Shown piece after piece: positions 34,595 through 44,138 of a stretch of 44,138 nt of DNA. The DNA is taken from NCBI GenBank assembly GCA_008632985.1, contig QPGO01000081.1:310001-354138 (forward strand), written 5' to 3'. The notes beneath the pieces are model-generated. The model saw only the letters and a program-made list of their open reading frames with translations, was not told where the DNA came from and searched no databases. The translations under genes were made by a program, and so were the position numbers. This DNA comes from Psammoneis japonica. Its lineage: Eukaryota. Every line of letters begins with the position of its first letter. Position 1 is the first letter of the stretch.

Positions 34595-37500
34595 CCCTTG
34601 AGTCCAGTCGGGCGGCTGATTGCACGTGCGCGAGCTCCCACACAGGTCAAAATTACAGTAGAAAAGTTTGTGTATTTCTACTTACACATTTCCATGTAAA
34701 TTCGTACCGCAAGTGAATCGTCATCCAGACCCTGTCCACAACACGCCACAAAAAATCCGCCACTTCATTTTTCTTCCAGATTCTCGCCATGACATCCGAT
34801 CGTTTCCGCAGCTTTGTCTGCTACAATTCATCCGACTTTTGTTACCATGTCTCCCTTCTAGCATCCACCAAGACTTTTGGTGCATGTTTTTGTTGTTATT
34901 TCATTGTTTTTGTTGGGATGCTATGAACTTATCGACAAGAGAAAGGGGTTGCGTTGTTGGAATCTGTTTTCCCGTGATTTGGTAGTATGCTTGGAGAAAA
35001 TGTTTTGGCGAATTCCAAATGACAGTTGGAGTGCAATACGGGATCGCGCGATTTTTGAATCCACGCATTTGAATTTCGAGGCATTTATATTCTCGCATTT
35101 GAATTTTGTACTGTGTCATTATCACAAGTGCTAGAGACAATGTCTCGACAACCGCTTGGAAGCTGCAATACAAGGACCGACGGCATTGGGTTTGCGAGTG
35201 TGCCGAATGCCGACCCTAAGAACCGCAACACCAAGGACACTAGTGCTCATGATGACAAAGAAAATGTGACGCCCAGGTCCAGGAAACGTGATAAACCATG
35301 CCCTGATTATGTTGATCCACCTCCGCCGCCATCGCCCCCTCGACCGCCTTCTTTTGTTATCGACTTCGACGATCTGGATTTGCGTCATCCTTTGCTACCA
35401 GGAGATGTGACAAGCCTCAGTTCAGAAAATGATAATGATTGTGACTCACAAGATAGTGATGACAATGAAATGGAGTACGAAGATGGCGACAACTACATTG
35501 GAGTAGCCGAGAACAAAGACACAGGCTACGTTGAGATCATGCGGGCGACGGGATCCAGAAAAAGAACCGACGATTGCCCGGATGAGACTGATGATATTAT
35601 TGACAATGCTTTGTCTCACACGCTGAATTACTTGAATCTCTCGTCTGATAATCCGCAACACAACGGAGACGTGCGTTTTGACTCTTATGATGAATATGAT
35701 CTTGGCTTTGACGCCGACGACGAATCCATTGACCAGAGTGGAAGCAGCAATCGCATTGATGAAGGGCACGGATCTATGAGCACGTCCACCCCTGCGGACA
35801 AGTCTCTCACTGCCTACGGTGGTGCGGAAAATACGGATGATGATGGAGGCGGCAACATGAACAAGAGCGACGCCAAAAAGAAGCAGAAGAAGAAAGCCGA
35901 GCCATGGGTTGAACCGGAGGTTTTGGAAGGTGGCAAGGCTGTATATTTTTCGTATGACATTGAACTCACTGGATCTGTGAGGAATTTTGATCGCATTGTT
36001 GAGATTGGCGCAGTTGCATTTGACGAGTCGGGAAAGATCCTCAGTAAATTCGACGAGCGCGTGAATCCGGAAGGAGTCGGCATCACAGAGAAGGCGTATG
36101 AGGTGCATAAGATATCAAACAAAGATCTCACTCAATGTGACACCTTTGATGTTGTTGGGCGAAGGTATAATCAAACAATGAAATGCAAGCCGATAAAGAG
36201 TGGTGTCAAAGAATTTTTGATTGTTGACGAAACCCATTATACTCATCGATGGTTCACGTTTCTTGGGAAAGACTCGTCCAGAAAGGGCGGCTTTGTTTTT
36301 GAGTTGATACACGACTACTTGGTGCCTACAACCTGGGACAACACAGGAAAGGTAATTTACATGGACAACTACTTCGTAAGCCCTCCTCTCTTTCGAGCCT
36401 TGCGAGAGCGAGGAATATTCTCTGTTGGACCAAGCTCGGCAACACGACCTGAGAAACTTGAAAATTGCACCAGCGACAGCATTCCTTTCCAACAGTACAA
36501 GAAGTCTGATGCTCGGTTGGTTGGTGGAAAAGGATTCATGCGGCACGCGGTACAAAAGCTCAAGACGGGAGTTCTGCACGCTACCACTTGGCTTGACAAC
36601 CGATTCCTTGTGATCTTGTCGACTGTGCACATTGTTGCTACAAAAGCTGAAGACACGGTTCTCAGATGGACAAGTACAGCCCGTGCGCGTCTTCCGATTC
36701 GAGCTCCGATGGCATTAATTCGATACGCAAAGAACATGGGATTTGTCGATAGGGTGGACAAGGCCAATGCGCTGGCAAACATAAGAATTCGTCGCTGCAT
36801 GCGACGCTACCACCGGCAGATTTTCTGGTGGCTTGTTTCCACCGTTGGTTTACTTAACAGCAAGGTTATTTGGGAAAGCTTGCTTGGGGAAGAGACAGTT
36901 GCTGAGCTCAGAAAGAAGAATCAGCGGTTTGGATATTTTCATTGGGTGCAAATATCTCTTGCGCATGGCTTGATCAGAGAAGGACTTCGGGAGGCAAAGG
37001 AGGAGTGCTTGTCAGCAGCTGGTCCAGAGGCACAATCAACTCCGTCACCGCACTTCATGCCAGCTCGTAAGCGGTTGTGTCGTGAAAGCCCGCCGGTCTC
37101 AATGTCGCCTGTGACTCACGTCCTTGTTCCTGTCAAGGACATCAAGCGTCCCGACGAGAAAAATGGCGCACTCCCAAGAAGCTACTGTGTGGTGTGCAGG
37201 GTGCAGGCTGAGCACACAGGAAAAGGACTGTACAAAATGCCCAACGGATCGGCTTGTCCAAAGCCATCTGTCGGGTGCTCCAAGTGCAAAGTTTGCCTCT
37301 GCCACAGCTGCTTTAACGATTATGACCACGAGAACAACCAGGTCAGATCCAAAGCTGTAGTGATCTTCTAACCGTTGTAACATTCTATTTTCGTGAAAAT
37401 GCTGAGTACAGTAGCGCTTTCACCGCCGCAGCACTTGTACTATAGCGCTTCAAGCAGCTCTCTACTCTCTACTCTACAGTAGCTCTCTACTAGCTATTAG

Positions 37501-37668
37501 CTTTGCCGGTAGAGAGTACGGTAGAGAAAATTTCTTGGCGTCATCATTTCTTTTTCGGCAGGCCGGAGCTCGCATGGCTGGATGTCCAACCAGTAGAATC
37601 TACATAGGTGTTGTACCAGGGACAACCCGGATGTGTGTCCAACATCTGTCCAACGCTGGACTCAAGGG
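34595..37668 (+). mobile_element. Young piggyBac-like DNA transposon with 13-bp TIRs, probably an internal-deletion derivative
   Basis: CCCTTGAGTCCAG (34595-34607) and CTGGACTCAAGGG (37656-37668) are perfect inverted repeats; subterminal TGTCCAAC repeats; normal TA and CG content; single long ORF. Confidence 0.9.
35140..37371 (+). CDS. piggyBac-family transposase with an acidic N-terminus and a partial DEDDh/DnaQ-like exonuclease domain
   Basis: YDIELTG..DRIVEIGAV..VNPE..ITEKAYEVHKIS (ExoI region); KPIKSGVK, YMDNYF, WLDNR, YAKNMGFVDRVD (piggyBac core); C-terminal CVVC..CSKCKVCLCHSCF Cys-rich domain. First ATG at 35140. Confidence 0.88.
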   Translation: MSRQPLGSCNTRTDGIGFASVPNADPKNRNTKDTSAHDDKENVTPRSRKRDKPCPDYVDPPPPPSPPRPPSFVIDFDDLDLRHPLLPGDVTSLSSENDNDCDSQDSDDNEMEYEDGDNYIGVAENKDTGYVEIMRATGSRKRTDDCPDETDDIIDNALSHTLNYLNLSSDNPQHNGDVRFDSYDEYDLGFDADDESIDQSGSSNRIDEGHGSMSTSTPADKSLTAYGGAENTDDDGGGNMNKSDAKKKQKKKAEPWVEPEVLEGGKAVYFSYDIELTGSVRNFDRIVEIGAVAFDESGKILSKFDERVNPEGVGITEKAYEVHKISNKDLTQCDTFDVVGRRYNQTMKCKPIKSGVKEFLIVDETHYTHRWFTFLGKDSSRKGGFVFELIHDYLVPTTWDNTGKVIYMDNYFVSPPLFRALRERGIFSVGPSSATRPEKLENCTSDSIPFQQYKKSDARLVGGKGFMRHAVQKLKTGVLHATTWLDNRFLVILSTVHIVATKAEDTVLRWTSTARARLPIRAPMALIRYAKNMGFVDRVDKANALANIRIRRCMRRYHRQIFWWLVSTVGLLNSKVIWESLLGEETVAELRKKNQRFGYFHWVQISLAHGLIREGLREAKEECLSAAGPEAQSTPSPHFMPARKRLCRESPPVSMSPVTHVLVPVKDIKRPDEKNGALPRSYCVVCRVQAEHTGKGLYKMPNGSACPKPSVGCSKCKVCLCHSCFNDYDHENNQVRSKAVVIF

Positions 37669-37718
37669 TACTGTAGAGGTTGGTTTGCGACATGAGATGA
37701 TTGATGCCCTGGGAGGTG

Positions 37719-37878
37719 GACATTATTTAAGCCCTACTGTATGTCTAGAGGATGATATGACTCATTGCCCCCAAAAATGCAAAATATCTGCAAGACATTA
37801 TTTAAAGGGACCCTGTGTCCTAGAGGATGACTCATCCCTCATTGCATTGCCCCCCAAAATGCAAAATGTCCGCACGAC
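37719..37878 (+). repeat. Two imperfect direct repeats of about 75-85 bp
   Basis: GACATTATTTAA..CTAGAGGATGA..CATTGCCCCC..AAAATGCAAAAT(A/G)TC(T/C)GCA(A/C)GAC occurs twice. Confidence 0.85.
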
Positions 37879-38155
37879 TTGTCTGCACGAACGAACACGC
37901 ACGGTGTTGTCACACCCACGGCACGACAAATCCCTTCTTTTCCGCACACCGTACAGACTAAAACACAGGAAAAGCAACATCCGCAATGCTTTCACAGAGT
38001 GGTCAAACAAGGTTGGTTGTTTTGCTCTGTTGTGTCACACTTTCGACCAAACACTCCAATTGGCAACACTCTGATGATGCAGTCATCAAAAAGTCCTGGG
38101 CACCACTGCACTTCCTTGCGATGGAAATCAGGGCACCAGTGGAATCCTGGCATCT

Positions 38156-38448
38156 GACGCGTTCCAGACGTAGGTGGGAATCCGTGTGACATTGGGCCCG
38201 TAGACTTCTACGTGCGAGCTCCGTAGTAAAATTATACGGTAATTAAAATGTCAATGATCGCCAACAGAAAATGAGGCAATTTTGCGAACGCACAAACTCG
38301 CACATGATTGAAGTACATCATTTTTTACTTAGCCAGTTACATTCTTCAGACATTGAAGAATGTAACTGGCGCATTATTGTTTCTATAAATTTGTTATATA
38401 AAACGTCTGGGGCTTCGCAAAACAGCGAGTCTGGACAATTTTTTTTAA
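38156..38448 (-). mobile_element. Partial MITE copy, inverted relative to 40122-40517, truncated at the N at 38449
   Basis: Near-identical reverse complement of about 40225-40517; starts with GACGCGTTCCAGACGTAGGTGGGA. Confidence 0.88.
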
Positions 38449-39691
38449 NAATCACTGTGCTCCTCCCCACCTCTGCATTGTTTTTTCTGCCATTTGTTTT
38501 GATGCATGCTGGCTCGCTGCCACTTCGCTTTTCTTTTCTGTTGTTTGCTGTGATGTGTGTGTGCTGATGGCATTTCCAAAACATGCCGTTGAGATGGAAC
38601 ATCGTCATTGTTTTTCTTTCACACTGTTGATGAATCACAACAAGAAAGAAAGTGATGCTGGCTTTCACAATTGGCGGCGAGCAGTTCTTCCACACAAATC
38701 GTGGCATGTGCATCTCACAGCCAAGCAAAGAGCAGACAACACACCAGGCCTGCAGCTCATGGGCCCCTCTTTCACACAGTGGGCTGATGGACAGTCCAAA
38801 AAGTGTCCACATGTGGGATCTGGGCAATTTGCTGGCACACCAGAAGAGTCATTGAGAGAAAACCAGGCCTGTGGGGAGCACTGGCCACTTGTCTTTCTGT
38901 GTGGGTGTGTGCCATGCATGCTGCATCACCTGTGCGCAAGTGGGGCCCTGCTGATGGGGCTGGCACTGCAGTGGCAGCACTGGTCATGCAGGTGACCATT
39001 TTGTTTGATGGCTCATGCCATTTTTGGGGCTGTGGCAAGGTGCGCGGACACTCTTTTTCCCCAGTTTGTTGCCAAAACAGTGCATCACACAAACCCACTC
39101 ATTGTTTGACATGTTTTTCCAATGCAACCTTTTTGTGCACAATCCATGACAAATTCTCTTCATGCAAAGCTGAGCACATCATTTGTCAACATGCCACACT
39201 GGCAGTCCTGATTTTGCAGCACTTTCAAACCCTTCTGAAAAACAGCTCCATGCACCCATTGCAGGGAATTCATCAATTTTTTAGATGTCCCCAAGACCAC
39301 CTCCAATGTCCTCAATGATCATTCTCTGAATCCGGGTGATTCATCTGCGCCAAACAACACATGCTGTTCCAAAATCCAAGGGACGCACTCTCAAATTCAG
39401 ACCGACTGCCCGACCCCCTGACCCCCCCAACCAATGGACACAAAAAAGTCTGCAATCACCAACTGTCGGGTGGTCAACAAAAACAAGAGCTCACACAATT
39501 TGGTTTTTTGCTTGTGCAAATCACACAGCAGGGGTGCGCAAAAGGACAAATGCGCGCGAGGCAAAACATGTGACATCAATTGATTTCACAACATCAAAAC
39601 AAAGAATCTGCATGAAAAAGTGCCAAAGAAAGCATTTGGGGAGCTTTTTATGAAAGAAAAAGGGGGGTGAGCTGAGTGCAAGGACATCACA

Positions 39692-39908
39692 ACCTTGAGT
39701 CCAGTCGAAGCCCAGATGAGCCCTCAAAATTGCTCAATCTGTCAGCACCGTGCATTTCCTGCAATTTGTGTTCACAATTCAATGTGTTTTTGTTCCCCAA
39801 ACCTTGCACTTGGGTGTCCAAAATCACTCTCCTGCACAGTTCACAGCACAAATCATGCAAGAGAAAACCTGGACATGGACACTTTTTGGACACTCCTGGA
39901 CACAAGGG
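39692..39908. mobile_element. Short non-autonomous element related to the piggyBac-like transposon
   Basis: Left end CCTTGAGTCCAGTCG is identical to 34596-34610; right end CTGGACACAAGGG differs by one base from 37656-37668; subterminal TGGACA repeats; CA on both flanks. Confidence 0.7.
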
Positions 39909-39995
39909 CAAGCCAAGTGTGCAAGACTCCAAGGCCAAGACAACTCCTCTGCAGAGAGAGAGAGAGAGAGACAAAAAAAGAATTTTTACATTGTT

Positions 39996-41172
39996 GTGAA
40001 GATATCATGGCAAAAATGACAGGGCTGGTGCCCCATGTCATGGCAAAAATGGCACTTGTCCTTTCAGCAGCACTTTGTGTCATCTTCAAGTTTCTTTTTT
40101 CTTGGGGCTCAAACAACAGCAGACGCGTTCCAGCCCTAGGTGGGAGCTCGTAGTACTGACGTGTGACAACAATAATTTTTATCATCCGTCGTATGTTTCG
40201 TACGTAGATTTCTACGTGTGATATTTAAAAAAAATTGTCCAGACTCGCTGTTTTGCGAAGCCCCAGACGTTTTATATAACAAATTTATAGAAACAATAAT
40301 GCGCCAGTTACATTCTTCAATGTCTGAAGAATGTAACTGGCTAAGTAAAAAATGATGTACTTCAATCATGTGCGAGTTTGTGCGTTCGCAAAATTGCCTC
40401 ATTTTCTGTTGGCGATCATTGACATTTTAATTACCGCATAATTTTACTACGGAGCTCGCACGTAGAAGTTTACGGGCCCAATGTCACACGGATTCCCACC
40501 TACGTCTGGAACGCGTCAGCAACAGCACACCAAAGAAAACATCATCATGAGTCACATGGAAGGCATTGAGCAATCTGTTTGTTTTGAACTGTGTGCCAAC
40601 CAGGTGCCAGCTGCTGCAGCATGTGCTCACAGTTGGATGCAACAAAGGCCACCCCAAAATTGCCCACATTGCACCATGTTGCATTGTGGAGAACGACTCA
40701 AGAATTGCGGGGCTGCTCCTCTTTGCCAGGTGTGTGGGATGGTGCTGGGAGATGGGGTGAGTGCAAAAATGCAATGGTCTTGTGTGCCACAAGAGACATG
40801 AGGAGCATCATCTTCTCTCATTTTGTAAAATTGAGCAACTCTTTCATCCTGCACAGGACCACTGTGTGCCTTGATTCAAGGACAACTTGGCTCCAAAAAC
40901 AATGACAAAACGTCCACCCGAACAAGACCCTCCCAAAATTCAGCATGGCATGGTTGCATGGGTGGGTGGAAAGGGTGGTCCACATGTTTTTGTTGCCTTG
41001 GTGGATCATCCCGAATGGCACCACTCACATCGGTGTTTGGAAGATTGTTGTCAGTGATTTGCAACCATTGGAAGATCTCTTGGTGACACACGACTTGGTC
41101 ACGATGAGACCGAAACAGCCACAGATTGCATCGAATTTCGAAACACCAATCCACTTTACATTGGAACAGTGA
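39996..41172 (+). pseudogene. Cyclophilin-like pseudogene, copy B; hypermutated and MITE-interrupted
   Basis: Aligns to 24241-25030 with frameshifts, many TA and CG transitions, and stop TAG changed to CAG (41167-41169). Confidence 0.9.
40122..40517 (+). mobile_element. Complete 396-bp MITE with ~24-bp imperfect TIRs, inserted in cyclophilin copy B
   Basis: Ends GACGCGTTCCAGCCCTAGGTGGGA and TCCCACCTACGTCTGGAACGCGTC; flanking AGCA duplication (40118-40121, 40518-40521); absent from paralog A; internal 17-bp-stem palindrome at 40303-40341. Confidence 0.9.
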
Positions 41173-41695
41173 GTGGCTCAAATGCCACATTTGGTGCAAA
41201 ACTGCAAAAGTTTTGCTCTGGCTCAGCTCCAGCAGTTGCAGAGTGCAGGCACAGAAACTCGGCTGTGTGACAAAATTGAAGACTAAAGCAGCTAGAGAGC
41301 TTCCATTTTTTTCAAAATGCGTTTGAAGAGTCATTCCTCTCAGCTCTTGATGAAGGATGAACAGCTTCAAAATTGATTGAAAGCAATGTAAAAAGCAAGA
41401 GAGTTGCACGATTCGTAGCAACCTTTTCCTACTCTAGAGTAGAGGAAAAGATTGCAGAGCCGCAAAAGCAGGAAGATGATGCAGAATCAACATGGAACAG
41501 ACGTAGATGTAGTAAGGGCAGACGAGCACGACTTAACAAGAAATGATACAATATGGCGAAAGAAAGGAATGTCCGGTAACCACGAACTCTCATTTGATCA
41601 CCGTAATGGTCGTCTAATACTATCTTTACTTTGAGGTTTAACCCCATCGTGGATGAGTTGTTCGAATTACGCTCGCAAGTAAGCAATCCGCTAAA

Positions 41696-43459
41696 TCAAG
41701 GTGGGAGATCAAAGACGTTGACTCCTTCCGGTATGTCCAAGGCAGTGTTCAGTCGAATCACATCGCTGAATTTCAAATCGAACATGTTGATGACATCACG
41801 ACATTTCAGCCTCCTGAAATCGCCATCATTCAAGCAAAAGAAGCAGTCGCCATCGCGGAGACGGGTGAACTGGTCGCGCAGCACTGTGCCGACAAGCTCG
41901 CCGACAGCCGCTCCGTCGACATGCATTTCAGCCAGTCCTCCCACCCAAGCGTTAATGTCTTCCACCGATTTGTACAAAGCGGCTAGCTCCTGCTGGGCCG
42001 CAATCGAATCAGTGACATCCGAGAAATCTGTTGCTCTGAGTTAGTCCATAGGCCTCGCGGATATCGTTATAGCCGGGAAGCCCATGATCACGACCACGCT
42101 GAATATTGAGTGAGGCAAGGTCGAGACCACCAGCTCCCGGGTGGCCAAAGAGAAAGTTTCGCACAGCGTCCACAACAAACATGTCAATTTCCTGCGACAC
42201 CTGCTGCCAGAATCCACCAATCAGATAATCCACATTTTCTGGGTTCTCGGTCAAGAAGGTGGCATTGAAAAAGGCGTCTCGTAAACCAATCGACCCCTTT
42301 CGATTGTCCCGTCTGACAGCATCAAGTTGGGCGTCAGCATGGTGTGACCCACGCGAAACGCTCCCGTCGAAAACTCAGTGGCAATGCCAGGGTCAACATT
42401 TCTGTCAAATCCTCGGTAGCGAGAGGGTGCCATGGGCCCAAGTAGCTTGGGAAGGAATTCATTGAACGTGATTACTTGCATCTCTGCACCGACAATCTTG
42501 CGAGCCAATTGGTATATATGGTCGTCGCTTTCCGTTGGATACATTTGCGCAATCTTATCGGCAAGGCGGTTGTGTTCTCGAACAAAGAGAGTATGAAGAG
42601 CGGAAAGACCGACCTGTTCGTTTGCTCGAATATCTCCGGCAAGAAAGAAATCGGTGCGGTCACTTCCTCCCTCGTTCTCGAGGCCATCAAGATTAAAAGG
42701 GAGAAGCTCATATCCGTTAATCAGACTCGTCTTGAGTTTACCACCTTGAAATGTGCGCAATGCGAGTGCACGAGACTCGTCAGATCCGTAAACGTTGGAA
42801 GCATCAATACATGCTGTAATTTCATTCACTTGCTGGCGAACGCCATGGGTAATTGAGTGGTCAAGCATGTTGGAAGCATTCGTAGCTGCTGAAGCTTTGT
42901 CAACTTGTAGGCTGCGCAATCCATCAGCCGAGCGTTCAAATTTGGATCGAGTAAAGGGGATAACTCCCGGGAAAAAGGGATCAGTAGCATCGCTTACATC
43001 AATGGGCGCAAGCCCACTCTCGGAGCTGGCAGGAGTAAAACTAATGTCATGGTCAAGAAACTGCCCCCAGGCAAAAACAAAACTGGTAATGCCATGAGAA
43101 TTTGGAATGCTGCTTGTCTGAGCAGCGCAAGTATTGCTAATGTTTCGAGCATTAGGAGCGTCGGGAGGGAGCTTCATCACCTCGCCAATTCCGTCGGGAT
43201 AATCTGCAAACGACTTTCGTAAAAGCATTACGTGAGCGGCACCTCGACCATGATTCTCCGTTTTGCCGTCGATGCTTCTTATTGCAGTTAAAGGAAATGA
43301 TCGGCAAGGTCGATTGGGTGTGCGACTGGCGCTTCCTCCGCTCCGTCGCGATCCTTTTTTAAGAGCCCTGACAGAATTGTGAGGGGCTGGAAGAACTCTT
43401 CCATCTTGGAGCATCAATAAAATCACAACCACTAGCGACTGTGCCCAAGTTAGAGTCAT
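41696..43459 (-). CDS. Secreted animal-type heme peroxidase (peroxidase-cyclooxygenase superfamily), copy B; two apparent 1-nt frameshifts near 42295 and 42040
   Basis: Signal peptide; WGQFLDHD, AGDIRANEQ..LHTLFVREHNRLA, AFRVGHT, DLASLNIQRGRDHGLPGY, DQFTRLRDGD. The ORF is split into three pieces, so it may be an incipient pseudogene or carry assembly errors. Confidence 0.85.
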
Positions 43460-44138
43460 CTTGCGTGAAATACTCGTATCTTGATGAAATGCCTTTGAAA
43501 AAAAAAATTCAAACTAGAAAATGAACAAAATCGAACAAACAGCGAAACACATCCATCACTCTTTGCTTCCTAACCCGAACCTTTCCCCCTCCCTGTTCAT
43601 GAGGTGTCCATTCAAATTTTCGAATTACGAACTCAAAAAATGTTACCATAAGCAAAGTTTAACGGTCATCCCTTGCGTTTGTAATGTCATGTATCCATGT
43701 TTATAAATAATCATTGTCTTAAATGTTAATTGATGACTAAGAAGCCGAATGTATGAATGTACATTGCATGCCCAAACCCAAATTTTCAAAATTTCGCGGT
43801 CCATCCATGCCTTGCAGCTCCTTGCAGCACTGCCTCAGGCCTCAGCTCAGGTGCTTCAAGAGCTCCTCCTTGCCTCCAACAGGCAAAGGCCTCACAGAGT
43901 CACAAGGAGCAACAGTTCGAGGGGAGGGGAAGGATGAGAGCACTGCCTGCAGTGGTCTGAGTGGGGGGGAGCAGCTTCTGCAGAGGGCCTGACAAGCTTG
44001 CCTCTTTCAAGCTGCACGCTGGGTGCCAGGCAAGAGAAGGGGCACAAGCTGTGCTCTTTTTTGACAAATGCTTGTGCACCTGGTGGCAAAAGCTGAAGCT
44101 GGGGGGGAGCACTGCAATGATGGCAGCATGACAAAGGT

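Noticed and set aside
34563..34600. Helitron 3' end
   Set aside because: A hairpin is present but there is no CTRR terminus at the expected distance and no Rep/helicase remnant was recognised.
38156..40517. One 2.4 kb transposon with ~290-bp TIRs
   Set aside because: The right copy is a self-contained MITE with its own TIRs and TSD inside a gene, and the left copy ends at an N.

Overview
Eukaryotic genomic DNA with short GT-AG introns. A pennate diatom is inferred from a bipartite plastid presequence on an ascorbate peroxidase and from diatom-type transposons. Normal-composition gene islands hold a plastid APX, two leishmanolysin/M8-like metalloprotease paralogs, and a tandemly duplicated [cyclophilin-like + animal-type heme peroxidase] pair. 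They alternate with TE-rich blocks: a Copia remnant, a 6.95 kb non-LTR retrotransposon with a 17-bp TSD, two Crypton-like remnants, a young piggyBac-like element fused to part of a DEDDh exonuclease, and MITEs. The strongest signal is repeat-associated hypermutation that converts TpA to TpG/CpA (A-to-G on either strand), plus CpG decay. It is directly visible when paralogs inside the window are aligned, spreads from TEs into neighbouring genes, and spares young insertions. This is the reverse direction of fungal RIP. The non-LTR element also interrupts a probable cell-death/immunity gene (helical N-terminus, coiled coil, two HET/TIR-like domains). Most short ORFs in the supplied track are artefacts of TAA/TAG loss. 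All family calls are by motif recognition; no searches or counts were run.
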